The notes beneath the pieces are model-generated. The model did not search any database and was not told where the DNA came from. It saw only the letters and a list, made by a program, of their open reading frames with translations. From Acidimicrobiales bacterium (GTDB lineage Bacteria > Actinomycetota > Acidimicrobiia > Acidimicrobiales > RAAP-2), in the NCBI GenBank assembly GCA_036268775.1, contig DATATM010000010.1, positions 31,951-95,950 of the forward strand: DNA of 64,000 nt, in the 5' to 3' direction. Below are positions 27,204 to 35,132 of the stretch, piece by piece (positions within the stretch are counted from its first letter, which is position 1; each line of letters starts with the position of its first letter). Made by a program: the position numbers and the translations under genes.

Positions 27204-29987
27204 TCAGTTAGCGCCGTGGCAGAACTTGAACTTCTTGTTGCTGCCACACCAACACGGCTCGTTCCGGCCGATCTTCTCCTTGTCGGACTTCACGATCGGG
27301 ATCTGGGTCTCGCCGTCCTCGGCCATCCGGTTGGTGACCCCGACGGCGCCGCCGCCGGGCCCCGAGCCGTTGGCACCACCCTCGGCCGCCACCTCCGCCA
27401 TCTCCGCCGCCGTCGGTCCCACCGCGAACGCCGCCGACATCGAACCGCTCCCCTGCACCGGGTCGTCGGCGGCGATGTAGCTGGCCTGGGCCAGGTCCGG
27501 CTCCGGAGCGGGCTCGGCCAGCACCTGGACGTGGAACACGTAGCGCAGGTAGTCGTCGTCGATCCCGTCCATCAGCTTGCCGAACATCTCGAAGCCGTCC
27601 CGTTGCCAGGCCACCAGCGGATCCTGGTTGCCCATGGCCCGCAGGTTGATGCCTTCCCGCAGGAGGTCCATCTCCGCCAGGTGGTCACGCCACCGCTGGT
27701 CGAGGATCTGCAGCATGATGTCGCGCTCCAGCTGCCGGGCCGTCTCCGCCCCGCCGGGGATCGTCTCGTCCCGCTCGGCGTAGAGGTCGAGGGCCTCGGA
27801 GAGGATGCTCTCCGCCACCTGGCCGGCGGTGGTCGCCTCGGCCAGGTCGTCCTCCACGAACTTGGACGGGTAGTACTGGGTGACTTCGGTGATCAGACGA
27901 GGCAGGTCCCACTCTTCGGGGTAGTCGGTCGGGCAGGATGCCGCCACCAGCGCAGTGATGGTCGTCTCCAGCAGCTCCAGGGTCTCCTCGTGGAGGTCCT
28001 CGCCCTCGATGATCTGCAGCCGGCGCTTGTAGATCACCTTGCGCTGCTCGTTCATCACATCGTCGTACTTGAGGACGTCCTTGCGGGATTCGGCGTTGCG
28101 TCCCTCCACGGTGTTCTGCGCCCGCTCGATGGCCTTGGTCACCATCTTCGCCTCGATGGGGATGTCGTCGGGGATCGCCCGGCCCATCACCCAGTTCATC
28201 GCCCCGGTGGCGAACAGCCGCATCAGGTCGTCTTCCAGGGAGAGGAAGAACCGGCTCTCCCCCGGGTCACCCTGGCGGCCGGAACGGCCCCGGAGCTGGT
28301 TGTCGATGCGGCGGCTCTCGTGGCGCTCACTGCCGAGGACGTAGAGCCCCCCGGCCGCCCGCACCGCTTCGCCCTCCCGGGTGCAGATCTCTTCGAACTC
28401 GGCGCGGATCTTGGCCAGCTCGGCGGCGCCCTCGTCGGTGGTGAGGTCGAGGCCGCGGGCGTTGGCCTCCCGCACCGCCATCCCCTCGGCATTGCCCCCG
28501 AGAATGATGTCGACGCCTCGTCCCGCCATGTTGGTGGCGACGGTGACCCCGCCCACCCGCCCGGCTTGGGCGACGATCTCCGCCTCCCGGAAGTGCTGCT
28601 TGGCGTTGAGGACGGCATGGGGGATGCCCTTCTTCTCCAGCAGCCGGGCCAGGTGCTCGGACTTCGACACCGAGGCGGTGCCCACCAGCACCGGTTGCCC
28701 GGTGGCGTGGCGCTCGGCGATGTCCTCCACCACCGCGTTGAACTTGGCGTCCTCCGACTTGTAGACCAGGTCGGGGTTGTCGTTCCGGACCAACGGCTTG
28801 TTGGTGGGGATCGGGACCACTGGGAGGTCGTAGGTATTGGCGAACTCCGACGCCTCCGTCTCGGCGGTGCCGGTCATCCCCGCCAGCTTCTCGTAGAGGC
28901 GGAAGTAGTTCTGGAGGGTCACCGTCGCCCAGGTGTGGTTCTCCTCGTTGATCCGGACCCGCTCCTTGGCTTCCACCGCCTGGTGGAGACCATCGGACCA
29001 GCGCCGCCCGTCGAGGGTGCGCCCGGTGAACTCGTCGACGATCTTCACTTCGCCATCGGCGATCAGGTAGTCCTTGTCCCGCTTGTAGAGCTCTTTGGCG
29101 TAGAGGGCCTGGGTGAGGTGGTGGACGTAGTTGACCGCCACCGCGTCGTAGAGGTTGTCCACCCCCAGCTGGCCCTCGACCTTCTCGATGCCGGCCTCGG
29201 TGGGGACGACGGTGCGCTTCTCCTCGTCGACCTCGTAGTCGTCCTCGTCGCGCAGCGTCCTGACGATCCCGGCGAACTGGTAGTAGAGCTTGGCCGACTC
29301 GGCGGCCGGGCCGGAGATGATCAGCGGGGTACGGGCCTCGTCGATGAGGATGGAGTCGACCTCGTCGACGATGGCGTAGGGGTGGCCCCGCTGGACCATG
29401 GCGTCCTTGGTGCGGGCCATGTTGTCCCGGAGGTAGTCGAAGCCGAACTCGGTGTTGGTCCCGTAGGTGACATCGGCGTTGTAGGCGGCCCGCTTGGACT
29501 CGGCGTCCTCGATGTCGGGACCCACCCGCCCGACGGTCAGGCCGAGGAAGGTGTGCAGCCTTCCCATCCACTCCGAGTCACGGGAGGCGAGGTAGTCGTT
29601 CACCGTCACCACGTGGACCCCGTTGCCGGCCAGGGCATTGAGGTACACCGGCAGGGTGGAGACCAACGTCTTGCCCTCCCCGGTCTTCATTTCGGCGATC
29701 CAGCCGAAGTGAAGGGCCATGCCCCCCATCAGCTGGGCGTCGAAGTGTCGCTGACCGAGCACCCGCCAGGCACCTTCCCGCACCACCGCGAACGCCTCGA
29801 CCAGGATGTCCTCGAAGCTCTCGCCGTTGGCCAACCGCTCCTTGAACCGGGGAGTGAAGGCCTGGAGCTCCGCGTCGCTCAGGGCCTCGATCTCCGGTTC
29901 CAGGGCATTGACCAGTGGGACCAGATCGGCCAGACGACGGACTTTTTTGCCTTCGCCGGCACGAAGGACCTTGGTGAACACACTCAT
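27204..29987 (-). CDS. secA: Preprotein translocase ATPase SecA
   Basis: ORF 27204..29987. Full-length SecA including the C-terminal zinc motif CWCGSNKKFKFCHG. Confidence 0.97.
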   Translation of the reverse strand: MSVFTKVLRAGEGKKVRRLADLVPLVNALEPEIEALSDAELQAFTPRFKERLANGESFEDILVEAFAVVREGAWRVLGQRHFDAQLMGGMALHFGWIAEMKTGEGKTLVSTLPVYLNALAGNGVHVVTVNDYLASRDSEWMGRLHTFLGLTVGRVGPDIEDAESKRAAYNADVTYGTNTEFGFDYLRDNMARTKDAMVQRGHPYAIVDEVDSILIDEARTPLIISGPAAESAKLYYQFAGIVRTLRDEDDYEVDEEKRTVVPTEAGIEKVEGQLGVDNLYDAVAVNYVHHLTQALYAKELYKRDKDYLIADGEVKIVDEFTGRTLDGRRWSDGLHQAVEAKERVRINEENHTWATVTLQNYFRLYEKLAGMTGTAETEASEFANTYDLPVVPIPTNKPLVRNDNPDLVYKSEDAKFNAVVEDIAERHATGQPVLVGTASVSKSEHLARLLEKKGIPHAVLNAKQHFREAEIVAQAGRVGGVTVATNMAGRGVDIILGGNAEGMAVREANARGLDLTTDEGAAELAKIRAEFEEICTREGEAVRAAGGLYVLGSERHESRRIDNQLRGRSGRQGDPGESRFFLSLEDDLMRLFATGAMNWVMGRAIPDDIPIEAKMVTKAIERAQNTVEGRNAESRKDVLKYDDVMNEQRKVIYKRRLQIIEGEDLHEETLELLETTITALVAASCPTDYPEEWDLPRLITEVTQYYPSKFVEDDLAEATTAGQVAESILSEALDLYAERDETIPGGAETARQLERDIMLQILDQRWRDHLAEMDLLREGINLRAMGNQDPLVAWQRDGFEMFGKLMDGIDDDYLRYVFHVQVLAEPAPEPDLAQASYIAADDPVQGSGSMSAAFAVGPTAAEMAEVAAEGGANGSGPGGGAVGVTNRMAEDGETQIPIVKSDKEKIGRNEPCWCGSNKKFKFCHGAN

Positions 29988-30100
29988 GAGACGACCACTC
30001 TACCGTCGGCCGGTGATGGTTCCCGGCCGGACCGAGCCCCGAGCCGCCCGGATCCGGGGCGTCAGACCGGGCCCCGACCCAGGCGTCCCGCGCTCAGCAG

Positions 30101-30460
30101 TCAGGCGGTCCGGATCCGGGCCCTGACGGTCTGGACCTGACCCCGCCGGCTGGGATGGGGTCGGCCCACAATCCGACCCTTGGTCTTGGCCAGCTGGTTC
30201 TCCAGCTTTTCCACTACGAAATCCACCGCCACCAGCGGATCCGGGGCGGAGGCGTGGGCCCGGATGACCCGGCCATGGCCGGACAGGATGACTTCGCAAC
30301 ACTCGCAGTTGGCGATCCTCGGGTTGTGTTCCTCGGAGAAGTGCACTTCGGCTCGCTCGAGTCCCGGGCAGTGCCGGAGCAGCCGGCCCACCTTTTCCTC
30401 GACCAGCGTCCGCACCCCGTTTGGCACGATCTTTCTGCCGTTTGCGATGACAACGTTCAC
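30101..30460 (-). CDS. hpf: Ribosome hibernation factor (HPF/RaiA family, short form)
   Basis: ORF 30101..30607 trimmed to GTG 30460, preceded by GGAGG 7 nt upstream. LERAEVHFSEEHNPR and DPLVAVDFVVEKLENQLAKTKGR fit HPF/RaiA. Confidence 0.85.
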   Translation of the reverse strand: MNVVIANGRKIVPNGVRTLVEEKVGRLLRHCPGLERAEVHFSEEHNPRIANCECCEVILSGHGRVIRAHASAPDPLVAVDFVVEKLENQLAKTKGRIVGRPHPSRRGQVQTVRARIRTA

Positions 30461-30570
30461 CTGTTCGCCTCCGAGTTGTGTTGTGAGTGTTACGGGTGAG
30501 TTCGGCCGGTCCTCCGGGTCGGTCGGGATGGGGATGGGTACGCGCCGGGGGAACCGGCACGATCGGTATT

Positions 30571-30850
30571 GTGAGCTACGAGCGGCTGACCTGGTCTTTG
30601 ACCCCACACTCGCCTGCAGTGAGAATGGCGGCCCGGTTCCGGCGGAGCCGACCGTCGAGCGGTCGTGATCCCTTCGGCACCGTAGATGGCACGCGTCACC
30701 TCATCTCCGCCCGTCCCCGACAGCCGGGAACGCCACGGGCAGGTCTTACTCCTAAGCCGCACCATGCTCAGCAACCAGTAGTTGCCTTACGTGGGTCGTT
30801 TCGCCTACGGCTGGCTTCGACTTGCAACCACAGACCCGCACGTAGCTCAC
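30571..30850 (-). ncRNA. Candidate structured RNA upstream of hpf (possible raiA-motif RNA)
   Basis: Lies in a 528-nt ORF-free gap (30461-30988). A perfect 10-nt inverted repeat, GTGAGCTACG (30571-30580) and CGTAGCTCAC (30841-30850), could close a domain of about 280 nt. A local hairpin sits at 30649-30665. The position matches the known genomic context of the raiA motif. Extent and strand are tentative. Confidence 0.4.
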
Positions 30851-30988
30851 GGGGGACAGTGTAGGTCCCGGTCCTCCGACTTTCACTAGCAACGCCGCGA
30901 GTTCACCAGGTCGCCACGTGGGCGTCACGCGCCCGCAACACGGCGTTCGCCTCCCGGACACGCCGGGGCGAACCCTTTGGGCGGGCGA

Positions 30989-32062
30989 TCAGCTCTCGGC
31001 CAGCCGCTCTTTGAGCTCGACCAGCACCGGGATGGGGCCGGGGTCGATGTCTTCGTGTCCGGCCAGATGGAGCGAGACGAAGTCCCCGATGATGGCCAGA
31101 TCGAGGAGTTGGGCCAGGTCCCCCTCGCCGGCGGCCCGCACCTCGACGATGCCGGCCATCACCTCGCGGAGCACTTCGGCCACCAGGTCGAACCGGCGGG
31201 CCACCTGGGGATGTTCGGCACCGTGGCGCAGGTTGACCAGGGTGAACATCTGCCGGGTCACGTCCCCGTTCTGCCCCCACCCGGCGATCTCGTTGTGGCA
31301 GAGCTCCGGGTACACATTGAAGAAGGCCGGCGCCTTGGCGTTTTCGTTGACCTGCGCCTTCCACCGCAGGGCGGCGGCCGCCCCGAGGGCCTGCGAGCTG
31401 TGGATCAGCGGGATGGTCCGCCCGATGCGCCGGGCCACGTCCTCGGCCAGGCTGTCCGGCTTGACCAACTGGTCGCGACGGCGCCGGAGCTGACGGACGG
31501 CCAGCTTCGCCCAGTGGACGGCGCCGGGGAACAACCCGATCTCCTCCAACACCACCAGCGGGGGGATGGCCATGGCCCCGAGGGCGGCCCGGGGCTGGGG
31601 GATGTCGGAAGGGACCCCGATGAGCGGGACCTGCCATTCACCGGCCAGCCGGCCGAGTTGGCCGCCACTGCTCACCACCACCAGGGCCGCCCCCGACTCG
31701 TAGGCCTGGCCGACCGCCTCCAGAGTCTCTTCGGTGTCACCCGAGAACGACATGGCGAAGACCAGGGAGTTGGCCCCCACGTAGTCGGGCAGCTCGTAGC
31801 CCTTCACCACGGTGACCGGCACCGGCATGAACGGCGCCGCCACCGCCAGCAGGACATCGCCGGCGATCCCGCTGCCACCCATCCCCAGTACCACCACGTT
31901 CTCGACCTGCTGGTGGTTGGGAAGGCCGGTCATCCCCTGGGCCCCCTTCAACGCCGCCTCCACCTGTTCGGGGAGGCCGGCGGTGGCGCCCCACATGTCC
32001 AGGCTGTCGACTTTCAGCGGGGAGTCCGCCACCGGCGGGCTGCCGGCGGCCGGGGGGGTCAC
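30989..32062 (-). CDS. Bifunctional phosphoglucose/phosphomannose isomerase (SIS domain)
   Basis: ORF 30989..32062. The GTG overlaps the upstream stop (GTGA). SIS motifs VVVLGMGGSGIAGD and AMSFSGDTEET. Confidence 0.88.
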   Translation of the reverse strand: MTPPAAGSPPVADSPLKVDSLDMWGATAGLPEQVEAALKGAQGMTGLPNHQQVENVVVLGMGGSGIAGDVLLAVAAPFMPVPVTVVKGYELPDYVGANSLVFAMSFSGDTEETLEAVGQAYESGAALVVVSSGGQLGRLAGEWQVPLIGVPSDIPQPRAALGAMAIPPLVVLEEIGLFPGAVHWAKLAVRQLRRRRDQLVKPDSLAEDVARRIGRTIPLIHSSQALGAAAALRWKAQVNENAKAPAFFNVYPELCHNEIAGWGQNGDVTRQMFTLVNLRHGAEHPQVARRFDLVAEVLREVMAGIVEVRAAGEGDLAQLLDLAIIGDFVSLHLAGHEDIDPGPIPVLVELKERLAES

Positions 32063-32304
32063 GATCCGCGGGGTTCGCCGGTGGACCGGGCCCCGCCGGA
32101 GTCGGCCAGGGCCATCAGCCGGGTGTGCTCGGCGTCGTCGACGGTGGTGGCCTCGTCGATCAGCATCACCGGGATCCCGTCCCGGATCTCGTAACTGCGG
32201 TGGAGCCGGGGGTTGTAGAGGCGGTCCTCCGCCTCGAAGTACAACAGCGTGCCCTTGTCCTCCGGGCAGGCCAGGACATCGATGAGAAGGGAGTCGAGCG
32301 TCAT
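32059..32304 (-). CDS. Trm112 family small protein
   Basis: ORF 32059..32304. LLIDVLACPEDKGTL...IRDGIPVMLIDEA. Conserved actinobacterial position between manB and the SIS isomerase. Confidence 0.85.
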   Translation of the reverse strand: MTLDSLLIDVLACPEDKGTLLYFEAEDRLYNPRLHRSYEIRDGIPVMLIDEATTVDDAEHTRLMALADSGGARSTGEPRGS

Positions 32305-32353
32305 GTTGGGTTCCTCTCGTGCAACCGGTCGGTCGGTTCGGTGGGGTTGATGG

Positions 32354-33745
32354 TCATCCGTTCACCAGGCGGTTGATGGCCTCTTGGACCTCGGCCACCC
32401 GGCGGGCGCACGACGCGTCGTCGGGCGCCTCCACGTTCAAGCGGAGCAGCGGCTCGGTGTTGGAGGGACGGAGGTTGTACCACCAGTCGCCCCGGTCCAC
32501 CGTGAGCCCGTCCAGCCGGTCGACGATGCCGAGTTCGCCCCCGGCCGCCTCCACCTCCGCCGCCATCGCCTCGACGGCGGCGGCGGGGTCGGGCACGGTG
32601 GTGTTGATCTCCCCCGAGTCCGAGTAACGCTGGTAGGGCTGGAGGAGTTCCGACAGCGGCTTGCCGGTCACCGAGAGAAGCTCGAGCACCACCATGGCGG
32701 CAATGATCCCCGAGTCGGCCCGGTAGTTGTCCCGGAAGTAGTAGTGGCCGGAGTGCTCGCCGCCGAAGATGGCGCCGGTGTCGGCCATCACCTGCTTGAT
32801 ATAGGAGTGGCCCACCCGGGTGCGGATCCCCACCCCGCCCTTCTCGGCGATCACCTCCGGCACCACCCGGCTGCAGATGCAGTTGTAGAGCACGGTGGCC
32901 CCGGGGTGCTTGTCCAGCATCGAAGCCGCCACCAGCGCCGTGGTCAGGGAGCCCGACACCGGCTCGGAGCGCTCGTCGACCAGAAACACCCGGTCAGCGT
33001 CCCCGTCGAAGGCGAGCCCGACGTCGGCGCCCAGGTCGCTGACCGCCTGCTTCAGCCACACCAGGTTCTCCGGTTGGATGGGATCGGCGGGGTGGTTGGG
33101 GAAGTTCCCGTCGAGCTCGGGGAACAGGATCTCCACCTTGAAGGGCAGACCTTCGAAGACCTTGGGCGCCACCAGGCCGCCCATGCCGTTGGCGGTGTCG
33201 GCCACCACCACCAGCGCCCGCAAGGCCTTGACGTCGACGAAGGAGCGGACATGGTCGGCGTAGTCGTCGATCACCGACCGTTCTTCGTAGAAGGCCATCG
33301 CGCCGGGGTCGAGGGGGGGCGGCCCGTCGGCGCCCCACTCCTCCAGCAGCGCCTCGGCGGTGGCCTGGATCTCGGCCAGCCCGCTGTCCCGCCCGATCGG
33401 CCGGGCCCCCGACTGGCACAGCTTCAATCCGTTGTAGCGGGCTGGATTGTGGGAGGCGGTGAACATGGCCCCGGGGGAATCGAGCTTGCCGGCCGCGAAG
33501 TAGAGGAGATCGGTGGAGGCGAGGCCCAGATCGGTGACCGCCACTCCCACCGACCGGGCGCCGTCGGAGAACGCCTGGGACAGCTCCACGCCCGACTCCC
33601 GCATGTCCCTCGCCACCAGCAGCCGGGGGGCATCGACGAACTGGGCCACCGCCATCCCGATGGCTCGGAACTGGTCGGCGTTGAGCTCATCGGGGACGAC
33701 GCCCCGGATGTCATAGGCCTTGAAGACGTGGGAGAGGCTGGTCAT
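32354..33745 (-). CDS. manB: Phosphomannomutase/phosphoglucomutase
   Basis: ORF 32354..33745. FKAYDIRG, active-site TASHNP, DGDADR. Confidence 0.93.
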   Translation of the reverse strand: MTSLSHVFKAYDIRGVVPDELNADQFRAIGMAVAQFVDAPRLLVARDMRESGVELSQAFSDGARSVGVAVTDLGLASTDLLYFAAGKLDSPGAMFTASHNPARYNGLKLCQSGARPIGRDSGLAEIQATAEALLEEWGADGPPPLDPGAMAFYEERSVIDDYADHVRSFVDVKALRALVVVADTANGMGGLVAPKVFEGLPFKVEILFPELDGNFPNHPADPIQPENLVWLKQAVSDLGADVGLAFDGDADRVFLVDERSEPVSGSLTTALVAASMLDKHPGATVLYNCICSRVVPEVIAEKGGVGIRTRVGHSYIKQVMADTGAIFGGEHSGHYYFRDNYRADSGIIAAMVVLELLSVTGKPLSELLQPYQRYSDSGEINTTVPDPAAAVEAMAAEVEAAGGELGIVDRLDGLTVDRGDWWYNLRPSNTEPLLRLNVEAPDDASCARRVAEVQEAINRLVNG

Positions 33746-33858
33746 AGCCCGGCCATCCTACTCAGCCTGGATCGCCGGCTCCGAGGGGACCGACCGGTCA
33801 CCGTGGGCGCCGGGTGGGGCTCGATGGGAGCACCGGGGTCGGTGCGCCACCTCTCCGA

Positions 33859-35001
33859 TCAGGCGGGGGTGCCGCCTCGGATCGGGGCGCCGACCGCGTG
33901 CAGGTGGCGGAGCACCTGGGCGTAGGAGGCCCCGAAGCCGGTCTCGTTGTAGACGAGGTTGTGGCGTTCGCAGAATGCCTTCACCAACGGTTGGGATCGC
34001 CGGAGGTTGCGCCGGGGCATGGAGGGGAACAGGTGATGCTCGATCTGGTAGTTGAGGCCGCCCAGCACGAAGTCGCTGATCCATCCGCCCCGCACGTTGC
34101 GGGCGGTGACCACCTGGCGCTCCAGGAAGCCGGTGGTGTCGTCCTCGTCGAAGACCGGCATCCCCTTGTGGTTGGGGGCGAAGGCACTGCCGAGGTAGAG
34201 GCCGAGGAGCCCTTGGTTCACCAGCAGGAAGACGAGAGCCCGGACCGGCGACAGCACGAACAGCAGTGGGCCGAGGTAGAGGGCGATATGGAGGCCGAGA
34301 AGGGCGGCTTCCTTGGTCCGCTGGCGGCTGGTGCGGGAGGGGAGGGCCCGGATGCCGGCCACCTGGAGGTGAAGCCCCTCCAACAGGAGCATCGGGAAGA
34401 ACAGGATCGCCTGGTAGCGGGCCAACAGCCGGCCGGCGCCTCGCTTGTCCCCGGCCTGGCCGGTCGTCCAGACGAAGATCCCGGTGCCGATGTCGGGGTC
34501 CTTCCCCTCATGGTTGGGGCGGGTGTGGTGCCGGGTGTGCTTGTCGATCCACCAGCCGTAGCTCATGCCGAGGAAGAGGTTGGCGTTGATGAGTCCGAAG
34601 GTGTCGTTGAGCCGGCGGGACCGTTGGGTCTGACGATGGCCGATGTCGTGGGCGACGAAGCCGACTTGACCGAGGACCAGGGCCAGGTACGCCGCCACCA
34701 GCAGCTGGTACCAGGAGTCGCCGATGAAGAAGAAGGCCACCCAGCCGGCGGCCAGCAGGAAGGCGTTCACCCCCATCCGGATCTTGTCCGAGGCGTAGTG
34801 GCGGTCGAGCAGTCCCGCCTGCTTCACCTCCCGCGACAATTCGGAGAACCCGCCGTCGGTCCGTTCCGGGAGCGAGCCGTCGATGATTTCGGTGAGCCCG
34901 GTGGCGTCCAGCGTGGGCGCCGTCAGCCGAGCCGGGATCGGCGGAGTCGCTATCCCTCGAGTATCCAGCGGAGTGCCCTCTTTTTCGATCAGCTGGCACA
35001 A
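33859..35001 (-). CDS. Membrane fatty-acid desaturase family protein
   Basis: ORF 33859..35001, TTG start uncertain. Histidine boxes HDIGH, HTRHH and QIEHHLFP. Confidence 0.88.
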   Translation of the reverse strand: MCQLIEKEGTPLDTRGIATPPIPARLTAPTLDATGLTEIIDGSLPERTDGGFSELSREVKQAGLLDRHYASDKIRMGVNAFLLAAGWVAFFFIGDSWYQLLVAAYLALVLGQVGFVAHDIGHRQTQRSRRLNDTFGLINANLFLGMSYGWWIDKHTRHHTRPNHEGKDPDIGTGIFVWTTGQAGDKRGAGRLLARYQAILFFPMLLLEGLHLQVAGIRALPSRTSRQRTKEAALLGLHIALYLGPLLFVLSPVRALVFLLVNQGLLGLYLGSAFAPNHKGMPVFDEDDTTGFLERQVVTARNVRGGWISDFVLGGLNYQIEHHLFPSMPRRNLRRSQPLVKAFCERHNLVYNETGFGASYAQVLRHLHAVGAPIRGGTPA

Positions 35002-35132
35002 GGTTCATACGCCAGACACGCCGGTTGGTTCGGGCCGAAGCCCGTCACCTCCCACAGTGTGACACTAACCATTCGATTCCGACAGTCAGACCGGATGGCC
35101 TGCCCGACCCCGCCGGTGGCGGAGGAGTACAG

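Noticed and set aside
26042-27247. Looked for the programmed +1 frameshift site (CUU UGA C) expected in many prfB genes.
   Set aside because: The frame is uninterrupted from GTG 27247/27202 to the stop. No in-frame UGA is present, so this is a non-frameshifting prfB.
27123-30140. Very long ORFs on the strand opposite known genes. Examples are 1005 aa antisense to secA, 971 aa at 43362-46277 antisense to the GT2 fusion, 921 aa at 47555-50320, 655 aa at 6058-8025 and 548 aa at 4381-6027.
   Set aside because: These are typical shadow ORFs of a roughly 70% GC genome. Their products are Arg/Gly/Pro/His/Asp-rich low-complexity strings with no family motifs. The opposite strand in each case encodes a full-length, motif-rich protein.
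30461-30988. Possibility that the hpf-upstream gap is a decayed comF gene, a tmRNA, RNase P RNA, SRP RNA or a retron msr/msd.
   Set aside because: No PRTase-like peptide appears in any frame. None of the hallmark strings I know is present: GAGGAAAGTCCGG and ACAGAA.CGGCTTA for RNase P, a tmRNA tRNA-like 3' end with CCACCA context, or GGAAGCAGCC for SRP. There is no reverse transcriptase nearby for a retron. A generic or raiA-type structured RNA remains the better guess.
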